A stretch of DNA of 47,565 nucleotides, taken from Halodesulfurarchaeum sp. (lineage in GTDB: Archaea; Halobacteriota; Halobacteria; Halobacteriales; Halobacteriaceae). The stretch spans positions 1 to 47,565 of the forward strand of contig JBDGUI010000030.1 of the NCBI GenBank assembly GCA_042216015.1. The letters are read 5' to 3'. Shown here piece after piece: positions 1 through 10,060 of this stretch. The notes beneath the pieces are model-generated. The model did no database searches, had not been told where the DNA came from, and was given only the letters and a program-made list of their open reading frames with translations. How positions within the stretch are numbered: position 1 is the stretch's first letter; each line of letters begins with the position of its first letter. Made by a program: the position numbers and the translations under genes.

Positions 1-33
1 GAAACTCTGCTCCAGCTTTGAACGTATCGGCTA

Positions 34-107
34 AGCCGGTGAAGGGATTTGAACCCTTGACCTAATCCTTACGAAGGATTCGCTCTACCAGTCTGAGCTA
101 CACCGGC
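34..107 (-). tRNA. tRNA-Thr(CGT)
   Basis: The reverse complement folds as a cloverleaf: acceptor GCCGGTG/CACCGGC, anticodon arm AATCC-TTCGTAA-GGATT, T arm AAGGG-TTCAAAT-CCCTT. CCA is not encoded. Confidence 0.95.
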
Positions 108-193
108 GCGGACAGTGATCCGTATTCGCAGTGCATGAATAAGACTTGCGATCGGTCGAGATTCCCCGCAGGCATCGGGATTGTGGATCGCCG

Positions 194-1183
194 CTATGGC
201 TGTTTTCGGGTCAATTCAACGTCGAGGACGACGTTCACCTCGTGGGGCGCGTAGGTTCGCACCTCGTGTCGGGTCAGGACATCGACTTCGCAGGACGGTT
301 CGGCCGCAGACCGAATGGCCTGCTCGCCCGGTTCGAACGGAGCGGACTCGTGCTGGATGTCGTAGTAGTGAATGACGGCCCGCTCGCCCACGAGACGAAC
401 GGCGGTGTCGAGGAATTCGTCCGCGGAGTGGGGCAGGTTCATGACGATCCGGTCGGCCCAGCCTTCGTAGTCAGATGCGACGTCCCGGACGTCGCCCACG
501 ATCCCGGTCACCCGGTCTTCGACCCCATTGCGTCTGGCGTTCTCGCGGAGGTACTCGATGGCGATCTCGTTCACGTCCGTCCCGACGACCGTTGCCCCTC
601 GCTGGGCCATCGGAATCACGAACGGGCCGACGCCGGCGAACATGTCGAACGCGTGCTCGTGGGACTCGACCTGCTCGATGACTCGATGGCGCTCGGTCGC
701 CAGCCGTGGGGAGAAGTAGACCGAATCGAGGTCGAGTGCGAACTCAGCTCCGTACTCCCGATGGATCGTCTCCGTGGTGGATCCTCGAAGGATCTCCCAG
801 TCGCGTGTCCGGGTCCGACCCTTGATCTTCGAAGCGCGGTTGAGCACCCCGTCGATCGGGAGGTCGGAGTCCCACAGCGACGCGGCGATCTGTTCGGCAC
901 GCTCGGAGTCGTCCTCGTCGATGATGGCCAACCGACCGAGTCGCTCGTAACTCGGTGACTCGCCGAGGACGTCCGCCGGCATGGTCTGTGTGTCACGCTC
1001 GGGCGGCTCGTGGGGGACCACAGTCAGATCTGGCGGGACAGCTCCCGGATCCGCGATCGGAATGAAGACGAACTCCCCCTCGACATCGAGATCCCACTGC
1101 TCGGCGAGCAGGTTCGCCTCCGCGAGTCGCTGGCGCGTCGACTCGCCCTCGGCGCGTTTCACCCGGACGCAGGGGACCGACAT
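194..1183 (-). CDS. trm5: tRNA (guanine37-N1)-methyltransferase, Trm5 family
   Basis: VYFSPRLATER, SAM motif DMFAGVGPF, VMNLPH motif and an N-terminal D1-like domain. Confidence 0.85.
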   Translation of the reverse strand: MSVPCVRVKRAEGESTRQRLAEANLLAEQWDLDVEGEFVFIPIADPGAVPPDLTVVPHEPPERDTQTMPADVLGESPSYERLGRLAIIDEDDSERAEQIAASLWDSDLPIDGVLNRASKIKGRTRTRDWEILRGSTTETIHREYGAEFALDLDSVYFSPRLATERHRVIEQVESHEHAFDMFAGVGPFVIPMAQRGATVVGTDVNEIAIEYLRENARRNGVEDRVTGIVGDVRDVASDYEGWADRIVMNLPHSADEFLDTAVRLVGERAVIHYYDIQHESAPFEPGEQAIRSAAEPSCEVDVLTRHEVRTYAPHEVNVVLDVELTRKQP

Positions 1184-1268
1184 GACTCACGCTGCGGTCC
1201 GGACCGGCTTACACGTGGCGCTTTCCCGGGGTCGAAACGCCTACCCCGGTTCCCGTCGGAGTCGACGT

Positions 1269-2039
1269 ATGCTCACATTCGTCGGACTCGGCCTCTACGA
1301 TGAACGCTCGGTCACGATCGAGGGCCGGGACGCAATTCGGAACGCCGAGAGCGTCTTTGCAGAGTTCTACACGAGCGAGCTGGTCGCCGCACGGGTCGAG
1401 GATCTGGAGGCCTATCACAACGTCGAGATCCAGGTCCGTGACCGCGCTGGAGTCGAGCAGGAACCGAAACCGATCCTCGACGCCGGGGCGGAGGGGCCGG
1501 CTGCGTTTCTCACGGCTGGCGATCCGACCGTCTCGACGACCCACGTCGACCTGCGTCTCCGGGCTCACGATCGAGGAATCGAAACCCGGATCGTCCACGC
1601 ACCGACGGTACAGACGGCCGCAAGCGGATTGACGGGGCTCCAGAACTATCGGTTCGGCAAGGCGACGACGATACCGTTTCCCTGGGCTCACGGGGGTGAT
1701 GACGTCCCGGATTCGGTGATCGAAACGATCGAGGAGAACCTGGAGCGGGGCCTTCACACCGTCGCGTATCTCGATATCAAGGCCGAAACGTCGGAGATGC
1801 TTGCGGGGGAAACCGCGGCGGGTCTTCTCGCCGAACACTGGCGAGGTGACGTCCTGGGGGTCGTCGTTGGGAGGGCCGGGAGTCCGGACCCAGTCGTGGA
1901 AGCTGACCGACTCGATGCGCTCTCGGAGCGGTCGTTTGGCCCACCCCCGCACCTCCTGGTGATTCCCGGAGACCTGCACGTGATCGAACAGGAGGCCCTC
2001 GAGGCGTTTGCCAACCCTCCCTCGGCGGTATTCGAGTGA
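1269..2039 (+). CDS. dph5: diphthine synthase (diphthamide biosynthesis methyltransferase)
   Basis: Starts MLTFVGLGL (ATG 1269). Motifs EFYTS, GDPxxSTTHxDL, GLQNYRFGK and GLHTxxYLDI. Confidence 0.95.
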   Translation: MLTFVGLGLYDERSVTIEGRDAIRNAESVFAEFYTSELVAARVEDLEAYHNVEIQVRDRAGVEQEPKPILDAGAEGPAAFLTAGDPTVSTTHVDLRLRAHDRGIETRIVHAPTVQTAASGLTGLQNYRFGKATTIPFPWAHGGDDVPDSVIETIEENLERGLHTVAYLDIKAETSEMLAGETAAGLLAEHWRGDVLGVVVGRAGSPDPVVEADRLDALSERSFGPPPHLLVIPGDLHVIEQEALEAFANPPSAVFE

Positions 2040-2052
2040 CGAGCGGAGCCGT

Positions 2053-3165
2053 TCACCGGCGAGCAACGATGCGGAGCACGTCTTCGTCCTCGAGGACGTG
2101 ATCCCGGCCCACCTGTTGCTCGTCGTGTTTCGCACTCGGTCCGGTCACCCGCGCGAAGCGAAACCGTTCGTCGAAGGTGCCACCGAGTTTCGAGATGGCG
2201 TCGTCGACTGTTTCGCCCCGACGGAGGATGAGGGGTTCCTCGTAATCGACGCCCCTGCCTGGTTTGTCCATGTATATCCGGATGAGTTCGAGTTCCTCCC
2301 AGAGTCGTTCTTTGAGCGTATCGAGACCACGCTCCTTCTCCGCGCTGATGAAGATCGCCTCCTCCGGGTCGACGTCGTGATCCCGGAGATTCTCCCGCAT
2401 CGTCTGGGCGTAGGATCTGTCGATGAGATCGACCTTGTTCACCACGGTGAGCGAGGGTACATACACCCGATTCTCCATGATTCCGTCGACGAGCGTGTCG
2501 ATGTCAGGATCGCCACGAATGGTGACCGAGGCGTTGACGTAGCCGTGCTCACGGAGCACGCTCTTGATCGTCTCCTCGTCGAGGGAGAGTTCCGAGGAGG
2601 CGTTGACGTCGATCCCGTCTTTGCCCTTCTTGCGAACGGTGATCGAGGGCGGTTCGGTGTCGATTCGGATGTTGTTCCGGTACAGTTCCTCGGCCAGCGG
2701 ATCGTACTGGTGGATTTCGAAGGCCGATAGCATGAAGACGACGAGATCGGCGGTCCGGATCACCGAGAGCACCTCTCTCCCGTCGCCTCGGCCACCGGCG
2801 GCCCCTTCGATCAATCCTGGCACGTCGAGAAGTTGGATGTTCGCTCCCCGGTAATCGAGCATTCCCGGGTAGACGTCGAGGGTCGTGAAATCGTAGGCAC
2901 CGACCTCGCTCTCGGCGTTGGTGAGCGCGTTGATCAGGGTGGACTTTCCGACGCTGGGAAAGCCCACGAGGGCAACCGTGGCGTCCCCCGATTGCTCGAC
3001 GGCGTAGCCGCCACCCCCGCTGCTCGATTCCTGCTGTGAATCGAGCTTCTCTCGTTTTTCGGCGAGCTTGGCCTTGAGACGCCCGATATGTGCCTCGGTG
3101 GACTTGTTGTAGGGAGTCTCGGCGATCTCCTCCTCGAGTGCCTCGATCTCCTCTGCAAGTCCCAT
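2053..3165 (-). CDS. DRG/OBG-family ribosome-interacting GTPase with TGS domain
   Basis: P-loop GFPSVGKST, YDFTT, DVPG and NKVD. N-terminal NKSTEAHIGRLKAKLA. C-terminal QVGRDHVLEDED. ATG at 3165. Confidence 0.93.
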   Translation of the reverse strand: MGLAEEIEALEEEIAETPYNKSTEAHIGRLKAKLAEKREKLDSQQESSSGGGGYAVEQSGDATVALVGFPSVGKSTLINALTNAESEVGAYDFTTLDVYPGMLDYRGANIQLLDVPGLIEGAAGGRGDGREVLSVIRTADLVVFMLSAFEIHQYDPLAEELYRNNIRIDTEPPSITVRKKGKDGIDVNASSELSLDEETIKSVLREHGYVNASVTIRGDPDIDTLVDGIMENRVYVPSLTVVNKVDLIDRSYAQTMRENLRDHDVDPEEAIFISAEKERGLDTLKERLWEELELIRIYMDKPGRGVDYEEPLILRRGETVDDAISKLGGTFDERFRFARVTGPSAKHDEQQVGRDHVLEDEDVLRIVARR

Positions 3166-3284
3166 TACCTGCCGGTATTCGACAGGAGCCGAAAAGCTTG
3201 TCCAATCCATTCGGCGCAGCGAGTGACCGCCGATTCTTTCCGGAAAAGACAAGGGTTAAACCCGATCATCGACTGGCTGCCAAT

Positions 3285-3761
3285 ATGGCTGAAACGATCG
3301 AAATCCTCGTCGCTGGCGGCGAGGCCGATCCGGGCCCACCACTCGGGCCAGAGCTGGGGCCGACCCCGGTCGACGTCCAGGCGGTCGTCCAGGAGATCAA
3401 CGACGAGACTGCCGCGTTCGACGGGACGGAGGTTCCCGTCACGATCGAGTACGAGGAGGACGGATCCTTCTCCATCGAGGTCGGGGTACCCCCGACGGCA
3501 GCACTCATCAAGGACGAGGCGGGTTTCGAGACGGGAAGTGGCGATCCAGAAACGAACTTCGTCGCAGACCTCTCCATCGAGCAGGTAAAGACGATTGCCG
3601 AACAGAAGCTTTCGGACCTCCTGTCCTACGAGGTGAAGGCCGCGGCCAAGGAGGTCGCCGGCACCTGTGTCTCTCTTGGCGTCACGATCGAGGGCGAGGA
3701 CGCCCGGACGTTCAAACAGCGCGTCGACGACGGCGAGTACGACGACGTGCTCGAGGCCTGA
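3285..3761 (+). CDS. rpl11: 50S ribosomal protein L11 (uL11)
   Basis: GGEADPGPPLGPELGP and VGVPPTAALIK. ATG at 3285, directly upstream of rpl1. Confidence 0.97.
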   Translation: MAETIEILVAGGEADPGPPLGPELGPTPVDVQAVVQEINDETAAFDGTEVPVTIEYEEDGSFSIEVGVPPTAALIKDEAGFETGSGDPETNFVADLSIEQVKTIAEQKLSDLLSYEVKAAAKEVAGTCVSLGVTIEGEDARTFKQRVDDGEYDDVLEA

Positions 3762-3785
3762 AACGGTTCCCGGCGGTTCGACGGG

Positions 3786-3890
3786 TTTAAGTTGGCCTCG
3801 ACACCTTTCTCCACCCGAGACAGGCATCGCCTGTTTCACTGACCCGTAGGAGATCTGACCTGAGAGGGTCGTGGACTACGGAGGTGAAAA
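3786..3890 (+). promoter_or_regulatory. rpl1 promoter (TTTAAG) and structured 5' leader, putative ribosomal-protein autoregulatory site
   Basis: TTTAAG at 3786-3791. Hairpin GAGACAGGC-ATC-GCCTGTTTC at 3817-3837. Stem CCGTAG(3844-3849)/CTACGG(3876-3881) encloses GACCT-GAGA-GGGTC and overlaps the SD GGAGGTGA (3880-3887). Confidence 0.6.
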
Positions 3891-4529
3891 ATGGCAGACT
3901 CTGCTATCGAAGAGGCCGTAAATCGCGCACTCGAGGAGGCCCCGGAGCGAGCGTTCCGGGAGACCGTCGACCTCGCAGTCAACTTGCGCGACATCGACCT
4001 GAATGATCCATCGAATCGTATCGACGAAAGCGTCGTCCTCCCGGAGGGGACCGGTCAAGAGACATCGATCGTAGTGTTCGCGACCGGCGAGACCGCCGTC
4101 CGGGCCGAAGATGTCGCCGAGGAAGTCCTCGACGAGAGCGATCTCGAGGACCTCGGTGACGACGACGATGCTGCAAAGGACCTCGCGGACGAAACCGACT
4201 TCTTCGTCGCCGAAGCGGCGATGATGCAGGACATCGGCCGGTATCTCGGGACCGTACTGGGGCCCCGAGGGAAGATGCCGACCCCCCTGCAGCCCGACGA
4301 CGACGTCGTCGAAGTCGTGAACCGAATGAAAAACAGCGTCCAGCTCCGCAGCGGCGACCGGCGCACGTTTCACACGCGCGTCGGCGCCGAGGACATGAGC
4401 GCAGCGGAAATCGGCGATAATATCGACGTGATTCTCCGCCGATTGCACGCGGATCTCGAAAAGGGCCCGCTCAACGTGGATTCGGTCTACGTGAAGACCA
4501 CGATGGGCCCGGCCGTGGAGGTGGTCTAG
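3891..4529 (+). CDS. rpl1: 50S ribosomal protein L1 (uL1)
   Basis: [19 protein letters not shown] and YVKTTMGP. Strong SD. Confidence 0.97.
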   Translation: MADSAIEEAVNRALEEAPERAFRETVDLAVNLRDIDLNDPSNRIDESVVLPEGTGQETSIVVFATGETAVRAEDVAEEVLDESDLEDLGDDDDAAKDLADETDFFVAEAAMMQDIGRYLGTVLGPRGKMPTPLQPDDDVVEVVNRMKNSVQLRSGDRRTFHTRVGAEDMSAAEIGDNIDVILRRLHADLEKGPLNVDSVYVKTTMGPAVEVV

Positions 4530-5570
4530 ATGACGGCCGAAGCCGACCACACGACCGAACACGTCCCCGAGTGGAAGAAGCGAGAGGTCGACGAACTCGT
4601 CTCGGTGATCGAGTCCCACGACAGCGTGGGCATCATCGACGTCGAGGGGATTCCGAGCCGGCAGCTCCAGGAGATGCGAGCCGAGCTCTACGGCACGGCC
4701 GCCCTCCGCATGAGCCGAAATACGCTCCTTCGACGGGCACTCGACGAAGTGGACGAGGGCCTCGAGGACCTCGTTCCGTACCTTTCGGGCCACGTGGGCC
4801 TGGTCGGAACGGACGAGAACCCCTTCACGCTGTACCAGAAGCTCGAGCAGTCAAAGACGGCGGCCCCGATCAGCGCGGGAGAGATCGCCCCGAAAGACAT
4901 CGTGATCGAGGAGGGGGACACGGGAATGGCCCCCGGCCCATTCGTGGGCGACCTTCAGAACGTGGGCGCGGCCGCTCGCATCGACGAGGGGTCGATCAAG
5001 GTCCTCGAAGACAGCGTCGTCGCCGAGGCTGGCGATCGGGTCACACAGGACCTGGCCGGCGTGCTCGGCGAACTCGGCATCGAGCCGAAGGAGGTCGGTC
5101 TCGATCTTCGTGCCGTGTACGCTGACGGCGTGCTCTTCGAGTCCGAGGAACTCGAGATCGACGTCGAGGAGTTCCGGGCGGACTTCCAGTCCGCGGCAGC
5201 TGCAGCCCATAACCTGGCCGTCAACGCCGCGATCCCGACGACGGAATCGATGCCCAGCCTCCTGGCGAAAGCAAGCGGAGAGGCCAAGAGCCTCGGCCTG
5301 CAGGCCGCAATCGAGAGTCCGGATCTCATGGACGATCTGGTCTCGACGGCAGACGCCCAGGTTCGGGCGATTGCCTCCCGGATCGAGGATACGGAGGCCC
5401 TGCCCGATGAACTGGCTGACATCGAGGCACCGACCGGGGCCGAGACAGCCGAATCGACGGAATCGACCGACGACCAACCCGACGAGGCGAACGCCGACGA
5501 CGAAATCGAAACAGACGAGGACGATGACGAGGACGCCGGTGGCGAGGGCCTCGGAGCGATGTTCGGATAA
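4530..5570 (+). CDS. rpl10: 50S ribosomal protein L10 (P0, uL10)
   Basis: [23 protein letters not shown] and an acidic tail ending GLGAMFG. Confidence 0.97.
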   Translation: MTAEADHTTEHVPEWKKREVDELVSVIESHDSVGIIDVEGIPSRQLQEMRAELYGTAALRMSRNTLLRRALDEVDEGLEDLVPYLSGHVGLVGTDENPFTLYQKLEQSKTAAPISAGEIAPKDIVIEEGDTGMAPGPFVGDLQNVGAAARIDEGSIKVLEDSVVAEAGDRVTQDLAGVLGELGIEPKEVGLDLRAVYADGVLFESEELEIDVEEFRADFQSAAAAAHNLAVNAAIPTTESMPSLLAKASGEAKSLGLQAAIESPDLMDDLVSTADAQVRAIASRIEDTEALPDELADIEAPTGAETAESTESTDDQPDEANADDEIETDEDDDEDAGGEGLGAMFG

Positions 5571-5575
5571 CACCC

Positions 5576-5908
5576 ATGGAATACGTATACGCAGCACTCA
5601 TCCTGAACGAAGCCGACGCAGAGATCAACGAAGACAACCTGACTGACGTGCTCGAGGCAGCCGGCGTGGACGTCGAGGAGTCCCGCGTCAAGGCCCTCGT
5701 CGCCGCTCTGGAGGACGTCGACATTTCGGAGGCAGTCGAACAGGCCGCCGCAGCCCCGGCCCCCGCCGCGGGCAGTGGGGCCGCGGAGGCGGCGAGTGGC
5801 GAGGAAGAAGCTGACGAGGAAGAGGCCACAGAAGACGAGGAGGAAGCGGAAGCCGAAGAGGAAGAGGAGGAAGCCTCGGGCGAGGGTCTGGGCGACCTCT
5901 TCGGATAG
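5576..5908 (+). CDS. rpl12: 50S ribosomal stalk protein L12 (P1)
   Basis: [10 protein letters not shown], an Ala hinge and an acidic tail ending GLGDLFG. Confidence 0.97.
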   Translation: MEYVYAALILNEADAEINEDNLTDVLEAAGVDVEESRVKALVAALEDVDISEAVEQAAAAPAPAAGSGAAEAASGEEEADEEEATEDEEEAEAEEEEEEASGEGLGDLFG

Positions 5909-5925
5909 ATCGGGACCACCGGCCA

Positions 5926-5930
5926 TTTTT
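5926..5930 (+). terminator. putative oligo-T terminator of the rpl1-rpl10-rpl12 operon
   Basis: A TTTTT tract 18 nt after the rpl12 stop, before a convergent gene. Confidence 0.4.
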
Positions 5931-6013
5931 CGATTCATCACTTCCCGAAGCGACAGCGCGGAAATGTGCACGGTTGCGATCGATCCCTGAACGTTCACTT
6001 ACGACCGGATCTG

Positions 6014-6718
6014 TCACTCAGTACAGGTCCACGCATCCCCGTCGGGAAACTTTTCGAGCGATTTCCGCCAGCCATCGAGCACGACAAATCGTTCTTTTCG
6101 GCGGCGTTCGAGACAGCGAAGCAATCTGGCAGCCCACATGAGTTTCCGACGTTTGGCTTTCGAAACCGTCTCGTCTCCGAACGCCCAGCCCGGAAAGGCG
6201 AGTGTCCGGGCCCCGAAGTGATCGGCGAGAAAGGCGGCTCTATCCCCGTCGGTGAATCCGCCGAAGTTGGAGACGCCGTCGGTGGGTTCGACCTGGGTGG
6301 TTCCAAGAACCTGCTCGATTGGAAACTGTGGGAGGTACTCTCGGATTTCGTTCATGTTGTCCCCGTGTGCATGCACCGCGACTGGGACTCCATCCTTCGC
6401 GAGCGAAATCGCTGTCTCCGGTGTTCCATCGAGGTCCGTGACGACGAGATCCGGTTGAATGCCGGCGGCCTCGAGCACTGCGGCCCCGTCTGACACCCCG
6501 ATCACCTGGCTTGCCGTTCGAACGGCGTCGAGTTCCTCCTCGAGGGTCCGGCTTCCCCCGGCAACTGCGACGGCCCGATCGTCGAAATCAAGACGGTCGA
6601 AATCGAAGGGTCTGACGTACTCGGCCAACAGATCTCGTGCCTGCCGATCCGCTGCAGGATCGTAGCCGAAATCGGCCACGATGCGCTCGTAGATCGGCTC
6701 CCACGTCTCGTGGTCCAT
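6014..6718 (-). CDS. mptE: 6-hydroxymethyl-7,8-dihydropterin pyrophosphokinase MptE-like (DUF115)
   Basis: WEPIYERIxxDFGY, VVTDLDG, VHAHGDN, NFGGFTDGDRA and KRRKL motifs. Confidence 0.85.
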   Translation of the reverse strand: MDHETWEPIYERIVADFGYDPAADRQARDLLAEYVRPFDFDRLDFDDRAVAVAGGSRTLEEELDAVRTASQVIGVSDGAAVLEAAGIQPDLVVTDLDGTPETAISLAKDGVPVAVHAHGDNMNEIREYLPQFPIEQVLGTTQVEPTDGVSNFGGFTDGDRAAFLADHFGARTLAFPGWAFGDETVSKAKRRKLMWAARLLRCLERRRKERFVVLDGWRKSLEKFPDGDAWTCTE

Positions 6719-6939
6719 GGACATCACTACGCGGTCAAAATATGTAGGAACCCTGGTTCGAGCCGGAGACCCCGACCGTTTGTACCCCTACCCAAGGGGT
6801 CCGGCCTCCAATCACCCGATTTAACCCCATCCGGTATAAGTTTTCTTGTTGTCAGCGCACGATCATGGTTGTTGGCGGACCGATCTACCCACGTTCCCGG
6901 GTGGCTTTTTGCCCCGGGCACACCTATCTGGGCACGATC

Positions 6940-7938
6940 ATGGAATTCGTGAGTCGAACCCAGACGGCAACGTTCCACAGCCCACTCGAGGATTTCGCCG
7001 AAACCGACGTCGAGATCGAGGTTCGGGCGGATCCACTCACGGGTCGACAGACCAGGATCGTCCCGGACTCGTTCGTCGAACCCGAGGAAACACCGGACCT
7101 GCCCGAGTCTGTCACCGATAGCGAGGGGTGTTTCTTCTGTCCCGGAACCGTCGAGGAGGCGACGCCGACCTACGCCGACTTCGTGGGGTACGATCGGGGT
7201 TCGGTCGGGGAGGCAACCTCGTTTCCCAACCTGAACCCGTATGGCACTCACTCGAACGTCGTGGTCCTCACGGAGGACCATCACGTTCCACTCGGTGAGC
7301 TCTCAGCCGAGATCCTCGCCGACGGACTCAGTGCGGCCCTCGACTACGTCGGGGCAGTCTTCGACGACGATCCCGACGCAAGCGTTGCATCCATCAACAT
7401 GAATCTGCTGCCATCGGCGGGGTCGAGCATCATCCACCCCCACGTCCAGACCCTCGTCGACGACCGGGGAACGAACACCCAGCAGGCACGCATCGCCGGT
7501 GCCCGAGAATACCTGGATCGGACGGGGACCAAGTATTTCTCCGCCCTGCTCGACGCCAGTCGTGACACGGATCGCTACGTCGGGTCAGTCGGTGACGTCG
7601 AGTGGATCGCCCCGTTTGCCCCCAGACACCATCGCCACGTCCGCGGCATCGGGCCAGCAACTGGACCGCTCGATTCGGACGCAGAGGTCGTGGAGTCCTT
7701 CGCGACGGGGATCGCCAACGTGGCTGGACAGTATGCTGACACCGGGCTCAACAGTTTCAACTTCGGGCTCCATCTCGTCGATGACGACGCAGTCCGTCCG
7801 CACGTCGATGTCGTTGCCAGAGCCCCCTTCGAGGATTACGGGTGGAGTGATGCGACCTTCTTCGAGACGATTCACGACGAGTCCGTGATCGACATCCCAC
7901 CGGAGGAGTACGCCGATTCGATCGCCGCGTACTTCTGA
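6940..7938 (+). CDS. GalT-like (HIT superfamily) sugar-1-phosphate nucleotidyltransferase
   Basis: RxDPLTG, Zn motif CFFC, FPNLNP and the active-site-like GSSIIHPHVQ. An alternative in-frame ATG lies at 6865. Confidence 0.75.
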   Translation: MEFVSRTQTATFHSPLEDFAETDVEIEVRADPLTGRQTRIVPDSFVEPEETPDLPESVTDSEGCFFCPGTVEEATPTYADFVGYDRGSVGEATSFPNLNPYGTHSNVVVLTEDHHVPLGELSAEILADGLSAALDYVGAVFDDDPDASVASINMNLLPSAGSSIIHPHVQTLVDDRGTNTQQARIAGAREYLDRTGTKYFSALLDASRDTDRYVGSVGDVEWIAPFAPRHHRHVRGIGPATGPLDSDAEVVESFATGIANVAGQYADTGLNSFNFGLHLVDDDAVRPHVDVVARAPFEDYGWSDATFFETIHDESVIDIPPEEYADSIAAYF

Positions 7939-8010
7939 ACCTCTCGCCAGTGAGAACTGGCGTGAGACTGACGACGGCGGCTTTTTGACCGGGGGCTTCC
8001 AGGAGACGGT

Positions 8011-8763
8011 ATGAACGGGCTCGCCGACCCCGATGGAGAGAGGCCCCCCGCTGTCGTCGTTGTGGACGCCCAGACGCCCGGGAACGTCGGTACTATCGCG
8101 AGGGCCATGAAAAACTTCGGGTTTGCCGATCTCCGGCTCGTCGATCCGCCGGAACTCGATCCGGACGGTGAGGCCTACGGCTATGCGGGCCAGGCGAGGG
8201 AGGACGTCTTACCGAACGCGACCGAGACGACCTTCGAGGAGGTCATCGAATCGTTTCACACGATCGGGTTCACCGCCGTGACCAACGAGGACGGGTCGAG
8301 TCACGTTCGATTTCCGTTCAAGACCCCCAGCGAACTCGCGGAATCACTGGCCGGTCCTCGTGGAAAGACGGCACTCGTCTTCGGACGAGAGCCGACTGGA
8401 TTGCACAACGAGGAACTCGCCAAACTCGACGAGATCTGTGCGATTCCCGCGAACGCGGAGTACCCGGTGCTGAATCTCGGCCAGGCTGCAATGATTGCGC
8501 TTTACGAACTCCGCGATCTCGCTCTCGGTGAGACTCAACTCCCCGATCGCGAGCCCTCGCTCGCGGATCCGGCGGACGTCGAGCGGTTTTTCGAGCACGT
8601 GAACCGCTTTCTCGCACACATCGAATATTCGGAAGAGAAACGTGCGAAGACCCTTCGCCTCGTCCGGCGAGTGATCGGCCGGGCGAGACCGACCGGCCGA
8701 GAGTTGACCACGCTCCGGGGGGTTTTGCGACGGGCCAGTTCGGATCGGATGGGAGAGGAGTGA
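8011..8763 (+). CDS. trmJ: SPOUT RNA methyltransferase, TrmJ/TrmH group 1
   Basis: PGNVGTIARAMKNFG, ALVFGRExxGL and YPVLNLGQA. Confidence 0.85.
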   Translation: MNGLADPDGERPPAVVVVDAQTPGNVGTIARAMKNFGFADLRLVDPPELDPDGEAYGYAGQAREDVLPNATETTFEEVIESFHTIGFTAVTNEDGSSHVRFPFKTPSELAESLAGPRGKTALVFGREPTGLHNEELAKLDEICAIPANAEYPVLNLGQAAMIALYELRDLALGETQLPDREPSLADPADVERFFEHVNRFLAHIEYSEEKRAKTLRLVRRVIGRARPTGRELTTLRGVLRRASSDRMGEE

Positions 8764-9789
8764 TCAGCGATCCCGGCCGCCCTTCGAGAGAGACGGATCG
8801 CCTCGAGTGATCCGTCGCTCTGCGACCGTGGATACGATCTCCCTGCCGGTCTCGAGCACCCTGGCGTAGGGGGCGTCCAGTATTTTGACGACCAGATCGC
8901 GGCGGATCGCCGTGAACCCGAGCATGATGAGCACGAAACCCGCGATCATCGTCTGTGTGATGGCCTGTCCGAGCAGTAGCCAGGCCACGAGGGCCGCCGT
9001 CATCGGTTCGAGATACCCCACGAGATTGAGGTGTGACGGTCCCACTCGGTCCAGCAGAGTGAAGTAGATCAGATAGGCGAGGATCCCCGAGAAGAGGATC
9101 AAGTAACCCAGGGACAGCCACCCCGTCCTGGTGATCTCGAGGGCGGTCAACGACTCGCCCCGGAGCTGACCGGCGCCGAGGAGAATGACCGATCCGCCGA
9201 GCATGGCCCACCCCTGGATGCTTTCGATCGGGAGTCCCGACCGAACCCGACGGGAGAGCACGCCACCGGCCGCGAAGCTCGCGGCGGCGAGAAGGACGAG
9301 GCCGATGCCCTTGAGGTGGGCGACGTCCAGGCTGCCGGGGTCGGGCTGGGCGATGATCACGACGCCCACGAGCCCAAGCACGAATCCGATACTTTCGTGT
9401 GCCCGTGGAAAACCCTGTTCGAGGGCGAGACTCGCGAACACGAGCGTCAAAACCGGTGAGAGGCTGAGGACGATCGAGGCTACGGCCCCAGAGACGATCT
9501 GTTCTCCGAGGTAGAGGAACGCGTGATTGGCGAAGATCATGAAGACCGCAACGATAGCGATCAGCGTGAGATCGGTTCGATTCCGCGGGAGGATGACCGT
9601 CGCCGACATAACGGCGAGGCCCATGATGAGCGTCCCGGCCGCCAGGTATCGAATGCCTGCGAAGGACAGGGGCGGAAATTCGTGTAGACCGACTTCGATG
9701 GCCACGAACGACGTTCCCCACAGAACCGCCAGGAGGAGAAACATCCCGACTGTTCCCCGGGGACCACGGAGGAAATCAGAGAGTGTCAT
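8764..9789 (-). CDS. EamA/DMT family transporter
   Basis: About 10 hydrophobic segments, LWGTSFVAI and an internal repeat (LSPVLT / LEPMTA). Confidence 0.9.
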   Translation of the reverse strand: MTLSDFLRGPRGTVGMFLLLAVLWGTSFVAIEVGLHEFPPLSFAGIRYLAAGTLIMGLAVMSATVILPRNRTDLTLIAIVAVFMIFANHAFLYLGEQIVSGAVASIVLSLSPVLTLVFASLALEQGFPRAHESIGFVLGLVGVVIIAQPDPGSLDVAHLKGIGLVLLAAASFAAGGVLSRRVRSGLPIESIQGWAMLGGSVILLGAGQLRGESLTALEITRTGWLSLGYLILFSGILAYLIYFTLLDRVGPSHLNLVGYLEPMTAALVAWLLLGQAITQTMIAGFVLIMLGFTAIRRDLVVKILDAPYARVLETGREIVSTVAERRITRGDPSLSKGGRDR

Positions 9790-10060
9790 TGTATACTCTC
9801 AAATATAGCCTATCCTTTAAGGCTTTCTACAAGCGAAGGAAAAATAATAAAAACGGACACGAGAATGTGGATATGAGTGAAGAATGGTTCGAGTAGGTGG
9901 CTGCTATTGCGTTGCAATCGAATGATCCTCAGTTGGGAGTGGAAGATGCAACTGGAGAAACAACCCCATATGACGGGCCGGTCACTCTACTGATTTTTCG
10001 GGACCAGAACCGCGGAAAGAGACGATAGGTTAACTAAACGGGACCGTAAACAGGGCCAGC

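Noticed and set aside
1..38. TTTGAACGTA (17-26) also occurs at 33828-33837 after tRNA-Glu, and a small palindrome CGGCTAAGCCG overlaps the tRNA-Thr 3' end
   Set aside because: The match is only 10 bp, lies in opposite orientation relative to the two tRNAs, and is cut by the window edge. That is too little to call an att site or repeat.
5745..5880. Repetitive GAG/GAA/GCC tracts in rpl12 (similar in the rpl10 tail)
   Set aside because: They encode the normal Ala hinge and acidic tail of stalk proteins and are not a DNA repeat element.
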